From Tubulanus polymorphus (lineage: Eukaryota > Animalia > Nemertea), in NCBI RefSeq assembly GCF_964204645.1, contig NC_134036.1, positions 7,327,434-7,391,433 of the forward strand: a stretch of 64,000 bases of DNA. Direction: 5' to 3'. Below, piece after piece: positions 23,701 to 38,700 of the stretch; the first letter of the stretch is position 1; every line of letters starts with the position of its first letter. Below the pieces are notes generated by a model. That model was not told the origin of the DNA. It saw only the letters and a list, made by a program, of their open reading frames with translations, and did not search any database. A program made the position numbers and the translations under genes.

Positions 23701-26700
23701 GTCGGTCGTCCATCCGTTCGTCAGTGTGCCGGCGGTGGTTGTTCGAAAAACGACTAAGTGCTGACCGGGTCATGATCAGCGTTACGACCCGGTGCAGTGA
23801 GGGAGGGAGGGAGGCAGTAGGTCGGTCGTCCATCCGTTCGTCAGTGTGCCGGCGGTTGTTGTTCGAAAAACGACTAAGTGCTGACCGGGCCTTGATCAGC
23901 GTTACGACCCGGTGCAGTGAGGGAGGGAGGGAGGCAGTAGGTCGGTCGTCCATCCGTTCGTCAGTGTGCCGGCGGTGGTTGTTCGAAAAACGACTAAGTG
24001 CTGACCGGGCCATGATCAGCGTTACGACCCGGTGCAGTGAGGGATGGAGGGAGGCACTAGGACAGTCGTCCGCCCGTTAGTCAGTGTGTCGGCGTTTGTT
24101 GTTCGAAAAACGACTAAGTGCTGACCGGGCCATGAACAGCGTTACGACCCGGCACCGGTCAGGAAGGGAGGGAGGGTGGCAGTAGGTCGGTCGTCCGTTC
24201 GTTCGTCAGTGTGCCGGCGGTGGTAGTTCGAAAAACGACTAAGTGCTGACCGGGCCTTGATCAGCGTTACGACCCGTTGCAGTGAGGGAGGGAGGGAGGG
24301 AGGCAGTAGGTCCGTCGTCCGCCCGTTAGTCAGTGTGTCGGCGGTTGCTGTTCGAAAAACGACTAAGTGCTGACCGGGCCTTGATCAGCGTTACGACCCG
24401 GTGCAGTGAGGGAGGGAGGGAGGGAGGCAGTAGGTCGGTCGTCCGTCCGTTCGTCAGTGTGCCGGCGGTGGTTGTTCGAAAAACGACTAAGTGCTGACCG
24501 GGCCTTGATCAGCGTTACGACCCGGTGCAGTGAGCGAGGGAGGGAGGGAGGGAGGCATTAGGTCGGTCGTCCATCCGTTCGTCAGTGTGCCGGCGGTGGT
24601 TGTTCGAAAAACGACTAAGTGCTGACCGGGCCTTGATCAGCGTTACGACCCGGTGCAGTGAGGGAGGGAGGGAGGCAGTAGGTCGGTCGTCCGTCCGTTC
24701 GTCAGTGTGCCGGCGGTGGTTGTTCGAAAAACGACTAAGTGCTGACCGGGCCATGATCAGCGTTACGACCCGGTGCAGTGAGGGAGGGAGGGAGGCACTA
24801 GGACAGTCGTCCGCCCGTTAGTCAGTGTGTCGGCGGTTGTTGTACGAAAAACGACTAAGTACTGACCGGGCCATGAACAGCGTTACGACCCGGCACCAGT
24901 CAGGAAGGGAGGGAGGGTGGCAGTAGGTCGGTCGTCCGTTCGTTCGTCAGTGTGCCGGCGGTGGTTGTTCGAAAAACGACTAAGTGCTGACCGGGCCTTG
25001 ATCAGCGTTACGACCCGGTGCAGTGAGGGAGGGAGGGAGGGAGGCAGTAGGTCCGTCGTCCGCCCGTTAGTCAGTGTGTCGGCGGTTGCTGTTCGAAAAA
25101 CGACTAAGTGCTGACCGGGCCATGAACAGCGTTACGACCCGGCACCGGTCAGGAAGGGAGGGAGGGTGGCAGTAGGTCGGTCGTCCGTTCGTTCGTCAGT
25201 GTGCCGGCGGTGGTAGTTCGAAAAACGACTAAGTGCTGACCGGGCCTTGATCAGCGTTACGACCCGGTGCAGTGAGGGAGGGAGGGAGGCAGTAGGTCGG
25301 TCGTCCGTCCGTTTGTCAGTGTGCCGGCGGTGGTTGTTCGAAAAACGACTAAGTGCTGACCGGGTCATAATCAGCGTTACGACCCGGTGCAGTGAGGGAG
25401 GGAGGGAGGGAGGCAGTAGGTCGGTCGTCCGTCCGTTCGTCAGTGTGCCGGCGGTGGTTGTTCGAAAAACGACTAAGTGCTGACCGGGCCTTGATCAGCG
25501 TTACGACCCGGTGCAGTGAGGGAGGGAGGGAGGCACTAGGACAGTCGTCCGCCCGTTAGTCAGTGTGTCGGCGGTTGTTGTTCGAAAAACGACTAAGTGC
25601 TGACCGGGCCGTGAACAGCGTTACGACCCGGCACCGGTCAGGAAGGGAGGGAGGGTGGCAGTAGGTCGGTCGTCCGTTCGTTCGTCAGTGTGCCGGCGGT
25701 GGTAGTTCGAAAAACGACTAAGTGCTGACCGGGCATTGATCAGCGTTACGACCCGGTGCAGTGAGGGAGGGAGGGAGGCAGTAGGTCGGTCGTCCGTCCG
25801 TTCGTCAGTGTGCCGGCGGTGGTTGTTCGAAAAACGACTAAGTGCTGACCGGGTCATAATCAGCGTTACGACCCGGTGCAGTGAGGGAGGGAGGGAGGCA
25901 GTAGGTCGGTCGTCCATCCGTTCGTCAGTGTGCCGGCGGTTGTTGTTCGAAAAACGACTAAGTACTGACCGGGCCTTGATCAGCGTTACGACCCGGTGCA
26001 GTGAGGGAGGGAGGGAGGCAGTAGGTCGGTCGTCCATCCGTTCGTCAGTGTGCCGGCGGTGGTTGTTCGAAAAACGACTAAGTGCTGACCGGGTCATGAT
26101 CAGCGTTACGACCCGGTGCAGTGAGGGAGGGAGGGAGGGAGGCAGTAGGTCGGTCGTCCATCCGTTCGTCAGTGTGCCGGCGGTGGTTGTTCGAAAAACG
26201 ACTAAGTGCTGACCGGGCCATGATCAGCGTTACGACCCGGTGCAGTGAGGGATGGAGGGAGGCACTAGGACAGTCGTCCGCCCGTTAGTCAGTGTGTCGG
26301 CGGTTGTTGTTCGAAAAACGACTAAGTGCTGACCGGGCCATGAACAGCGTTACGACCCGGCACCGGTCAGGAAGGGAGGGAGGGTGGCAGTAGGTCGGTC
26401 GTCCGTTCGTTCGTCAGTGTGCCGGCGGTGGTAGTTCGAAAAACGACTAAGTGCTGACCGGGCCTTGATCAGCGTTACGACCCGTTGCAGTGAGGGAGGG
26501 AGGGAGGGAGGCAGTAGGTCCGTCGTCCGCCCGTTAGTCAGTGTGTCGGCGGTTGCTGTTCGAAAAACGACTAAGTGCTGACCGGGCCTTGATCAGCGTT
26601 ACGACCCGGTGCAGTGAGGGAGGGAGGGAGGCAGTAGGTCGGTCGTCCGTCCGTTCGTCAGTGTGCCGGCGGTGGTTGTTCGAAAAACGACTAAGTGCTG

Positions 26701-29700
26701 ACCGGGCCTTGATCAGCGTTACGACCCGGTGCAGTGAGCGAGGGAGGGAGGGAGGGAGGCATTAGGTCGGTCGTCCATCCGTTCGTCAGTGTGCCGGCGG
26801 TGGTTGTTCGAAAAACGACTAAGTGCTGACCGGGCCTTGATCAGCGTTACGACCCGGTGCAGTGAGGGAGGGAGGGAGGCAGTAGGTCGGTCGTCCGTCC
26901 GTTCGTCAGTGTGCCGGCGGTGGTTGTTCGAAAAACGACTAAGTGCTGACCGGGCCTTGATCAGCGTTACGACCCGGTGCAGTGAGCGAGGGAGGGAGGG
27001 AGGGAGGCATTAGGTCGGTCGTCCATCCGTTCGTCAGTGTGCCGGCGGTGGTTGTTCGAAAAACGACTAAGTGCTGACCGGGCCATGATCAGCGTTACGA
27101 CCCGGTGCAGTGAGGGAGGGAGGGAGGCACTAGGACAGTCGTCCGCCCGTTAGTCAGTGTGTCGGCGGTTGTTGTACGAAAAACGACTAAGTACTGACCG
27201 GGCCATGAACAGCGTTACGACCCGGCACCAGTCAGGAAGGGAGGGAGGGTGGCAGTAGGTCGGTCGTCCGTTCGTTCGTCAGTGTGCCGGCGGTGGTTGT
27301 TCGAAAAACGACTAAGTGCTGACCGGGCCTTGATCAGCGTTACGACCCGGTGCAGTGAGGGAGGGAGGGAGGGAGGCAGTAGGTCCGTCGTCCGCCCGTT
27401 AGTCAGTGTGTCGGCGGTTGCTGTTCGAAAAACGACTAAGTGCTGACCGGGCCATGAACAGCGTTACGACCCGGCACCGGTCAGGAAGGGAGGGAGGGTG
27501 GCAGTAGGTCGGTCGTCCGTTCGTTCGTCAGTGTGCCGGCGGTGGTAGTTCGAAAAACGACTAAGTGCTGACCGGGCCTTGATCAGCGTTACGACCCGGT
27601 GCAGTGAGGGAGGGAGGGAGGCAGTAGGTCGGTCGTCCGTCCGTTTGTCAGTGTGCCGGCGGTGGTTGTTCGAAAAACGACTAAGTGCTGACCGGGCCAT
27701 GATCAGCGTTACGACCCGGTGCAGTGAGGGATGGAGGGAGGCACTAGGACAGTCGTCCGCCGTTAGTCAGTGTGTCGGCGGTTGTTGTTCGAAAAACGAC
27801 TAAGTGCTGACCGGGCCATGAACAGCGTTACGACCCGGCACCGGTCAGGAAGGGAGGGAGGGTGGCAGTAGGTCGGTCGTCCGTTCGTTCGTCAGTGTGC
27901 CGGCGGTGGTAGTTCGAAAAACGACTAAGTGCTGACCGGGCCTTGATCAGCGTTACGACCCGTTGCAGTGAGGGAGGGAGGGAGGGAGGCAGTAGGTCCG
28001 TCGTCCGCCCGTTAGTCAGTGTGTCGGCGGTTGCTGTTCGAAAAACGACTAAGTGCTGACCGGGCCTTGATCAGCGTTACGACCCGGTGCAGTGAGGGAG
28101 GGAGGGAGGCAGTAGGTCGGTCGTCCGTCCGTTCGTCAGTGTGCCGGCGGTGGTTGTTCGAAAAACGACTAAGTGCTGACCGGGCCTTGATCAGCGTTAG
28201 ACCCGGTGCAGTGAGGGAGGGAGGGAGGCAGTAGGTCGGTCGTCCATCCGTTCGTCAGTGTGCCGGCGGTGGTTGTTCGAAAAACGACTAAGTGCTGACC
28301 GGGTCATGATCAGCGTTACGACCCGGTGCAGTGAGGGAGGGAGGGAGGGAGGCAGTAGGTCGGTCGTCCATCCGTTCGTCAGTGTGCCGGCGGTGGTTGT
28401 TCGAAAAACGACTAAGTGCTGACCGGGCCATGATCAGCGTTACGACCCGGTGCAGTGAGGGATGGAGGGAGGCACTAGGACAGTCGTCCGCCCGTTAGTC
28501 AGTGTGTCGGCGGTTGTTGTTCGAAAAACGACTAAGTGCTGACCGGGCCATGAACAGCGTTACGACCCGGCACCGGTCAGGAAGGGAGGGAGGGTGGCAG
28601 TAGGTCGGTCGTCCGTTCGTTCGTCAGTGTGCCGGCGGTGGTAGTTCGAAAAACGACTAAGTGCTGACCGGGCCTTGATCAGCGTTACGACCCGTTGCAG
28701 TGAGGGAGGGAGGGAGGGAGGCAGTAGGTCCGTCGTCCGCCCGTTAGTCAGTGTGTCGGCGGTTGCTGTTCGAAAAACGACTAAGTGCTGACCGGGCCTT
28801 GATCAGCGTTACGACCCGGTGCAGTGAGGGAGGGAGGGAGGCAGTAGGTCGGTCGTCCGTCCGTTCGTCAGTGTGCCGGCGGTGGTTGTTCGAAAAACGA
28901 CTAAGTGCTGACCGGGCCTTGATCAGCGTTACGACCCGGTGCAGTGAGCGAGGGAGGGAGGGAGGGAGGCATTAGGTCGGTCGTCCATCCGTTCGTCAGT
29001 GTGCCGGCGGTGGTTGTTCGAAAAACGACTAAGTGCTGACCGGGCCTTGATCAGCGTTACGACCCGGTGCAGTGAGGGAGGGAGGGAGGCAGTAGGTCGG
29101 TCGTCCGTCCGTTCGTCAGTGTGCCGGCGGTGGTTGTTCGAAAAACGACTAAGTGCTGACCGGGCCTTGATCAGCGTTACGACCCGGTGCAGTGAGCGAG
29201 GGAGGGAGGGAGGGAGGCATTAGGTCGGTCGTCCATCCGTTCGTCAGTGTGCCGGCGGTGGTTGTTCGAAAAACGACTAAGTGCTGACCGGGCCATGATC
29301 AGCGTTACGACCCGGTGCAGTGAGGGAGGGAGGGAGGCACTAGGACAGTCGTCCGCCCGTTAGTCAGTGTGTCGGCGGTTGTTGTACGAAAAACGACTAA
29401 GTACTGACCGGGCCATGAACAGCGTTACGACCCGGCACCAGTCAGGAAGGGAGGGAGGGTGGCAGTAGGTCGGTCGTCCGTTCGTTCGTCAGTGTGCCGG
29501 CGGTGGTTGTTCGAAAAACGACTAAGTGCTGACCGGGCCTTGATCAGCGTTACGACCCGGTGCAGTGAGGGAGGGAGGGAGGGAGGCAGTAGGTCCGTCG
29601 TCCGCCCGTTAGTCAGTGTGTCGGCGGTTGCTGTTCGAAAAACGACTAAGTGCTGACCGGGCCATGAACAGCGTTACGACCCGGCACCGGTCAGGAAGGG

Positions 29701-32700
29701 AGGGAGGGTGGCAGTAGGTCGGTCGTCCGTTCGTTCGTCAGTGTGCCGGCGGTGGTAGTTCGAAAAACGACTAAGTGCTGACCGGGCCTTGATCAGCGTT
29801 ACGACCCGGTGCAGTGAGGGAGGGAGGGAGGCAGTAGGTCGGTCGTCCGTCCGTTTGTCAGTGTGCCGGCGGTGGTTGTTCGAAAAACGACTAAGTGCTG
29901 ACCGGGCCATGATCAGCGTTACGACCCGGTGCAGTGAGGGATGGAGGGAGGCACTAGGACAGTCGTCCGCCCGTTAGTCAGTGTGTCGGCGGTTGTTGTT
30001 CGAAAAACGACTAAGTGCTGACCGGGCCATGAACAGCGTTACGACCCGGCACCGGTCAGGAAGGGAGGGAGGGTGGCAGTAGGTCGGTCGTCCGTTCGTT
30101 CGTCAGTGTGCCGGCGGTGGTAGTTCGAAAAACGACTAAGTGCTGACCGGGCCTTGATCAGCGTTACGACCCGTTGCAGTGAGGGAGGGAGGGAGGGAGG
30201 CAGTAGGTCCGTCGTCCGCCCGTTAGTCAGTGTGTCGGCGGTTGCTGTTCGAAAAACGACTAAGTGCTGACCGGGCCTTGATCAGCGTTACGACCCGGTG
30301 CAGTGAGGGAGGGAGGGAGGCAGTAGGTCGGTCGTCCGTCCGTTCGTCAGTGTGCCGGCGGTGGTTGTTCGAAAAACGACTAAGTGCTGACCGGGCCTTG
30401 ATCAGCGTTACGACCCGGTGCAGTGAGCGAGGGAGGGAGGGAGGGAGGCATTAGGTCGGTCGTCCATCCGTTCGTCAGTGTGCCGGCGGTGGTTGTTCGA
30501 AAAACGACTAAGTGCTGACCGGGCCTTGATCAGCGTTACGACCCGGTGCAGTGAGGGAGGGAGGGAGGCAGTAGGTCGGTCGTCCGTCCGTTCGTCAGTG
30601 TGCCGGCGGTGGTTGTTCGAAAAACGACTAAGTGCTGACCGGGCCTTGATCAGCGTTACGACCCGGTGCAGTGAGCGAGGGAGGGAGGGAGGGAGGCATT
30701 AGGTCGGTCGTCCATCCGTTCGTCAGTGTGCCGGCGGTGGTTGTTCGAAAAACGACTAAGTGCTGACCGGGCCATGATCAGCGTTACGACCCGGTGCAGT
30801 GAGGGAGGGAGGGAGGCACTAGGACAGTCGTCCGCCCGTTAGTCAGTGTGTCGGCGGTTGTTGTACGAAAAACGACTAAGTACTGACCGGGCCATGAACA
30901 GCGTTACGACCCGGCACCAGTCAGGAAGGGAGGGAGGGTGGCAGTAGGTCGGTCGTCCGTTCGTTCGTCAGTGTGCCGGCGGTGGTTGTTCGAAAAACGA
31001 CTAAGTGCTGACCGGGCCATGATCAGCGTTACGACCCGGTGCAGTGAGGGATGGAGGGAGGCACTAGGACAGTCGTCCGCCCGTTAGTCAGTGTGTCGGC
31101 GGTTGTTGTTCGAAAAACGACTAAGTGCTGACCGGGCCATGAACAGCGTTACGACCCGGCACCGGTCAGGAAGGGAGGGAGGGTGGCAGTAGGTCGGTCG
31201 TCCGTTCGTTCGTCAGTGTGCCGGCGGTGGTAGTTCGAAAAACGACTAAGTGCTGACCGGGCCTTGATCAGCGTTACGACCCGTTGCAGTGAGGGAGGGA
31301 GGGAGGGAGGCAGTAGGTCCGTCGTCCGCCCGTTAGTCAGTGTGTCGGCGGTTGCTGTTCGAAAAACGACTAAGTGCTGACCGGGCCTTGATCAGCGTTA
31401 CGACCCGGTGCAGTGAGGGAGGGAGGGAGGCAGTAGGTCGGTCGTCCGTCCGTTCGTCAGTGTGCCGGCGGTGGTTGTTCGAAAAACGACTAAGTGCTGA
31501 CCGGGCCTTGATCAGCGTTACGACCCGGTGCAGTGAGCGAGGGAGGGAGGGAGGGAGGCATTAGGTCGGTCGTCCATCCGTTCGTCAGTGTGCCGGCGGT
31601 GGTTGTTCGAAAAACGACTAAGTGCTGACCGGGCCTTGATCAGCGTTACGACCCGGTGCAGTGAGGGAGGGAGGGAGGCAGTAGGTCGGTCGTCCGTCCG
31701 TTCGTCAGTGTGCCGGCGGTGGTTGTTCGAAAAACGACTAAGTGCTGACCGGGCCTTGATCAGCGTTACGACCCGGTGCAGTGAGCGAGGGAGGGAGGGA
31801 GGGAGGCATTAGGTCGGTCGTCCATCCGTTCGTCAGTGTGCCGGCGGTGGTTGTTCGAAAAACGACTAAGTGCTGACCGGGCCATGATCAGCGTTACGAC
31901 CCGGTGCAGTGAGGGAGGGAGGGAGGCACTAGGACAGTCGTCCGCCCGTTAGTCAGTGTGTCGGCGGTTGTTGTACGAAAAACGACTAAGTACTGACCGG
32001 GCCATGAACAGCGTTACGACCCGGCACCAGTCAGGAAGGGAGGGAGGGTGGCAGTAGGTCGGTCGTCCGTTCGTTCGTCAGTGTGCCGGCGGTGGTTGTT
32101 CGAAAAACGACTAAGTGCTGACCGGGCCTTGATCAGCGTTACGACCCGGTGCAGTGAGGGAGGGAGGGAGGGAGGCAGTAGGTCCGTCGTCCGCCCGTTA
32201 GTCAGTGTGTCGGCGGTTGCTGTTCGAAAAACGACTAAGTGCTGACCGGGCCATGAACAGCGTTACGACCCGGCACCGGTCAGGAAGGGAGGGAGGGTGG
32301 CAGTAGGTCGGTCGTCCGTTCGTTCGTCAGTGTGCCGGCGGTGGTAGTTCGAAAAACGACTAAGTGCTGACCGGGCCTTGATCAGCGTTACGACCCGGTG
32401 CAGTGAGGGAGGGAGGGAGGCAGTAGGTCGGTCGTCCGTCCGTTTGTCAGTGTGCCGGCGGTGGTTGTTCGAAAAACGACTAAGTGCTGACCGGGCCTTG
32501 ATCAGCGTTACGACCCGGTGCAGTGAGGGAGGGAGGGAGGCAGTAGGTCGGTCGTCCATCCGTTCGTCAGTGTGCCGGCGGTGGTTGTTCGAAAAACGAC
32601 TAAGTGCTGACCGGGCCATGATCAGCGTTACGACCCGGTGCAGTGAGGGAGGGAGGCACTAGGACAGTCGTCCGCCCGTTAGTCAGTGTGTCGGCGGTTG

Positions 32701-35700
32701 TTGTTCGAAAAACGACTAAGTGCTGACCGGGCCATGAACAGCGTTACGACCCGGCACCGGTCAGGAAGGGAGGGAGGGTGGCAGTAGGTCGGTCGTCCGT
32801 TCGTTCGTCAGTGTGCCGGCGGTGGTTGTTCGAAAAACGACTAAGTGCTGACCGGGCCTTGATCAGCGTTACGACCCGGCACCGGTCAGGGAGGGAGGGA
32901 GGGAGGCAGTAGGTCGGTCGTCCGTCCGATCGTCATTGTGCCGGCGGTGGTAGTTCGAAAAACGACTAAGTGCTGACCGGGCCTTGATCAGCGTTACGAC
33001 CCGGAGCATTGAGGGAGGGAGGGAGGCAGTAGGTCGGTCGTCCGTCCGTTCGTCATTGTGCCGGCGGTGGTAGTTCGAAAAACGACTAAGTGCTGACCGG
33101 GCCTAGATCAGCGTTACGACCCGGTGCAGTGAGGGAGGGAGGGAGGCAGTAGGTCGGTCGTCCGTCCGGTCGTCAGTGTGCCGGCGGTGGTTGTTCGAAA
33201 AACGACAAAGTGCTGACCGGGCCATGATCAGCGTTACGACCCGGTGCAGTGAGGGAGGGAGGGAGGCACTAGGACAGTCGTCCGCCCGTTAGTCAGTGTG
33301 TCGGCGGTTGTTGTTCGAAAAACGACTAAGTGCTGACCGGGCCTAGATCAGCGTTACGACCCGGTGCAGTGAGGGAGGGAGGGAGGCACTAGGACAGTCG
33401 TCCGCCCGTTAGTCAGTGTGTCGGCGGTTGTTGTTCGAAAAACGACTAAGTGCTGACCGGGCCAAGATCAGCGTTACGACCCGGTGCAGTGAGGGAGGGA
33501 GGGAGGCACTAGGACAGTCGTCCGCCCGTTAGTCAGTGTGTCGGCGGTGGTAGTTCGAAAAACGACTAAGTGCTGACCGGGCCTAGATCAGCGTTACGAC
33601 CCGGTGCAGTGAGGGAGGGAGGGAGGCAGTAGGTCGGTCGTCCGTCCGGTCGTCAGTGTGCCGGCGGTGGTTGTTCGAAAAACGACAAAGTGCTGACCGG
33701 GCCTTGATCAGCGTTACGACCCGGAGCATTGAGGGAGGGAGGGAGGCAGTAGGTCGGTCGTCCATCCGTTCGTCAGTGTGCCGGCGGTGGAAGTTCGAAA
33801 AACGACTAAGTGCTGACCGGGCCTTGATCAGCGTTACGACCCGGTGCAGTGAGGGAGGGAGGGAGGGAGGCAGTAGGTCGGTTGTCCGTCCGTTCGTCAG
33901 TGTGCCGGCGGTGGTTGTTCGAAAAACGACTAAGTGCTGACCGGGCCATGAACAGCGTTACGACCCGGCACCGGTCAGGAAGGGAGGGAGGGTGGCAGTA
34001 GGTCGGTCGTCCGTTCGTTCGTCAGTGTGCCGGCGGTGGTAGTTCGAAAAACGACTAAGTGCTGACCGGGCCTTGATCAGCGTTACGACCCGGTGCAGTG
34101 AGGGAGGGAGGGAGGCAGTAGGTCGGTCGTCCGTCCGTTTGTCAGTGTGCCGGCGGTGGTTGTTCGAAAAACGACTAAGTGCTGACCGGGTCATAATCAG
34201 CGTTACGACCCGGTGCAGTGAGGGAGGGAGGGAGGGAGGCAGTAGGTCGGTCGTCCGTCCGTTTGTCAGTGTGCCGGCGGTGGTTGTTCGAAAAACGACT
34301 AAGTGCTGACCGGGTCATAATCAGCGTTACGACCCGGTGCAGTGAGGGAGGGAGGGAGGGAGGCAGTAGGTCGGTCGTCCGTCCGTCCGTTCGTCAGTGT
34401 GCCGGCGGTGGTTGTTCGAAAAACGACTAAGTGCTGACCGGGCCTTGATCAGCGTTACGACCCGGAGCAGTGAGGGAGGGAGGGAGGCAGTAGGTCGGTC
34501 GTCCGTCCGTTCGCCAGTGTGCCGCTGGTGGTAGTTCGAAAAACGACTAAGTGCTGACCGGGCCTTGATCAGCGTTACGACCCGGTGCAGTGAGGGAGGG
34601 AGGGAGGCAGTAGGTCGGTCGTCCGTCCGTTTGTCAGTGTGCCGGCGGTGGTTGTTCGAAAAACGACTAAGTGCTGACCGGGCCTTGATCAGCGTTACGA
34701 CCCGGTGCAGTGAGGGAGGGAGGGAGGCAGTAGGTCGGTCGTCCATCCGTTCGTCAGTGTGCCGGCGGTGGTTGTTCGAAAAACGACTAAGTGCTGACCG
34801 GGCCATGATCAGCGTTACGACCCGGTGCAGTGAGGGAGGGAGGCACTAGGACAGTCGTCCGCCCGTTAGTCAGTGTGTCGGCGGTTGTTGTTCGAAAAAC
34901 GACTAAGTGCTGACCGGGCCATGAACAGCGTTACGACCGGCACCGGTCAGGAAGGGAGGGAGGGTGGCAGTAGGTCGGTCGTCCGTTCGTTCGTCAGTGT
35001 GCCGGCGGTGGTTGTTCGAAAAACGACTAAGTGCTGACCGGCCTTGATCAGCGTTACGACCCGGCACCGGTCAGGGAGGGAGGGAGGGAGGCAGTAGGTC
35101 GGTCGTCCGTCCGATCGTCATTGTGCCGGCGGTGGTAGTTCGAAAAACGACTAAGTGCTGACCGGGCCTTGATCAGCGTTACGACCCGGAGCATTGAGGG
35201 AGGGAGGGAGGCAGTAGGTCGGTCGTCCGTCCGTTCGTCATTGTGCCGGCGGTGGTAGTTCGAAAAACGACTAAGTGCTGACCGGGCCTAGATCAGCGTT
35301 ACGACCCGGTGCAGTGAGGGAGGGAGGGAGGCAGTAGGTCGGTCGTCCGTCCGGTCGTCAGTGTGCCGGCGGTGGTTGTTCGAAAAAACGACAAAGTGCT
35401 GACCGGGCCATGATCAGCGTTACGACCCGGTGCAGTGAGGGAGGGAGGGAGGCACTAGGACAGTCGTCCGCCCGTTAGTCAGTGTGTCGGCGGTTGTTGT
35501 TCGAAAAACGACTAAGTGCTGACCGGGCCTTGATCAGCGTTACGACCCGGAGCATTGAGGGAGGGAGGGAGGCAGTAGGTCGGTCGTCCATCCGTTCGTC
35601 AGTGTGCCGGCGGTGGAAGTTCGAAAAACGACTAAGTGCTGACCGGGCCTTGATCAGCGTTACGACCCGGTGCAGTGAGGGAGGGAGGGAGGGAGGCAGT

Positions 35701-38700
35701 AGGTCGGTTGTCCGTCCGTTCGTCAGTGTGCCGGCGGTGGTTGTTCGAAAAACGACTAAGTGCTGACCGGGCCATGAACAGCGTTACGACCCGGCACCGG
35801 TCAGGAAGGGAGGGAGGGTGGCAGTAGGTCGGTCGTCCGTTCGTTCGTCAGTGTGCCGGCGGTGGTAGTTCGAAAAACGACTAAGTGCTGACCGGGCCTT
35901 GATCAGCGTTACGACCCGGTGCAGTGAGGGAGGGAGGGAGGCAGTAGGTCGGTCGTCCGTCCGTTTGTCAGTGTGCCGGCGGTGGTTGTTCGAAAAACGA
36001 CTAAGTGCTGACCGGGTCATAATCAGCGTTACGACCCGGTGCAGTGAGGGAGGGAGGGAGGGAGGGAGGCAGTAGGTCGGTCGTCCGTCCGTTTGTCAGT
36101 GTGCCGGCGGTGGTTGTTCGAAAAACGACTAAGTGCTGACCGGGTCATAATCAGCGTTACGACCCGGTGCAGTGAGGGAGGGAGGGAGGGAGGCAGTAGG
36201 TCGGTCGTCCGTCCGTTCGTCAGTGTGCCGGCGGTGGTTGTTCGAAAAACGACTAAGTGCTGACCGGGCCTTGATCAGCGTTACGACCCGGTGCAGTGAG
36301 GGAGGGAGGGAGGCACTAGGACAGTCGTCCGCCCGTTAGTCAGTGTGTCGGCGGTTGTTGTTCGAAAAACGACTAAGTGCTGACCGGGCCGTGAACAGCG
36401 TTACGACCCGGCACCGGTCAGGAAGGGAGGGAGGGTGGCAGTAGGTCGGTCGTCCGTTCGTTCGTCAGTGTGCCGGCGGTGGTAGTTCGAAAAACGACTA
36501 AGTGCTGACCGGGCATTGATCAGCGTTACGACCCGGTGCAGTGAGGGAGGGAGGAGGCAGTAGGTCGGTCGTCCGTCCGTTCGTCAGTGTGCCGGCGGTG
36601 GTTGTTCGAAAAACGACTAAGTGCTGACCGGGCCATGATCAGCGTTACGACCCGGTGCAGTGAGGGAGGGAGGGAGGCATTAGGTCGGTCGTCCATCCGT
36701 TCGTCAGTGTGCCGGCGGTGGTTGTTCGAAAAACGACTAAGTGCTGACCGGGCCATGATCAGCGTTACGACCCGGTGCAGTGAGGGAGGGAGGGAGGCAC
36801 TAGGACAGTCGTCCGCCCGTTAGTCAGTGTGTCGGCGGTTGTTGTACGAAAAACGACTAAGTACTGACCGGGCCATGAACAGCGTTACGACCCGGCACCA
36901 GTCAGGAAGGGAGGGAGGGTGGCAGTAGGTCGGTCGTCCGTTCGTTCGTCAGTGTGCCGGCGGTGGTTGTTCGAAAAACGACTAAGTGCTGACCGGGCCT
37001 TGATCAGCGTTACGACCCGGTGCAGTGAGGGAGGGAGGGAGGGAGGCAGTAGGTCCGTCGTCCGCCCGTTAGTCAGTGTGTCGGCGGTTGCTGTTCGAAA
37101 AACGACCTAAGTGCTGACCGGGCCATGAACAGCGTTACGACCCGGCACCGGTCAGGAAGGGAGGGAGGGTGGCAGTAGGTCGGTCGTCCGTTCGTTCGTC
37201 AGTGTGCCGGCGGTGGTAGTTCGAAAAACGACTAAGTGCTGACCGGGCCTTGATCAGCGTTACGACCCGGTGCAGTGAGGGAGGGAGGGAGGCAGTAGGT
37301 CGGTCGTCCGTCCGTTTGTCAGTGTGCCGGCGGTGGTTGTTCGAAAAACGACTAAGTGCTGACCGGGCCTTGATCAGCGTTACGACCCGGTGCAGTGAGG
37401 GAGGGAGGGAGGCAGTAGGTCGGTCGTCCATCCGTTCGTCAGTGTGCCGGCGGTGGTTGTTCGAAAAACGACTAAGTGCTGACCGGGCCATGATCAGCGT
37501 TACGACCCGGTGCAGTGAGGGAGGGAGGCACTAGGACAGTCGTCCGCCCGTTAGTCAGTGTGTCGGCGGTTGTTGTTCGAAAAACGACTAAGTGCTGACC
37601 GGGCCATGAACAGCGTTACGACCCGGCACCGGTCAGGAAGGGAGGGAGGGTGGCAGTAGGTCGGTCGTCCGTTCGTTCGTCAGTGTGCCGGCGGTGGTTG
37701 TTCGAAAAACGACTAAGTGCTGACCGGGCCTTGATCAGCGTTACGACCCGGCACCGGTCAGGGAGGGAGGGAGGGAGGCAGTAGGTCGGTCGTCCGTCCG
37801 ATCGTCATTGTGCCGGCGGTGGTAGTTCGAAAAACGACTAAGTGCTGACCGGGCCTTGATCAGCGTTACGACCCGGAGCATTGAGGGAGGGAGGGAGGCA
37901 GTAGGTCGGTCGTCCGTCCGTTCGTCATTGTGCCGGCGGTGGTAGTTCGAAAAACGACTAAGTGCTGACCGGGCCTAGATCAGCGTTACGACCCGGTGCA
38001 GTGAGGGAGGGAGGGAGGCAGTAGGTCGGTCGTCCGTCCGGTCGTCAGTGTGCCGGCGGTGGTTGTTCGAAAAACGACAAAGTGCTGACCGGGCCATGAT
38101 CAGCGTTACGACCCGGTGCAGTGAGGGAGGGAGGGAGGCACTAGGACAGTCGTCCGCCCGTTAGTCAGTGTGTCGGCGGTTGTTGTTCGAAAAACGACTA
38201 AGTGCTGACCGGGCCTTGATCAGCGTTACGACCCGGAGCATTGAGGGAGGGAGGGAGGCAGTAGGTCGGTCGTCCATCCGTTCGTCAGTGTGCCGGCGGT
38301 GGAAGTTCGAAAAACGACTAAGTGCTGACCGGGCCTTGATCAGCGTTACGACCCGGTGCAGTGAGGGAGGGAGGGAGGGAGGCAGTAGGTCGGTTGTCCG
38401 TCCGTTCGTCAGTGCGCCGGCGGTGGTTGTTCGAAAAACGACTAAGTGCTGACCGGGCCATGAACAGCGTTACGACCCGGCACCGGTCAGGAAGGGAGGG
38501 AGGGTGGCAGTAGGTCGGTCGTCCGTTCGTTCGTCAGTGTGCCGGCGGTGGTAGTTCGAAAAACGACTAAGTGCTGACCGGGCCTTGATCAGCGTTACGA
38601 CCCGGTGCAGTGAGGGAGGGAGGGAGGCAGTAGGTCGGTCGTCCGTCCGTTTGTCAGTGTGCCGGCGGTGGTTGTTCGAAAAACGACTAAGTGCTGACCG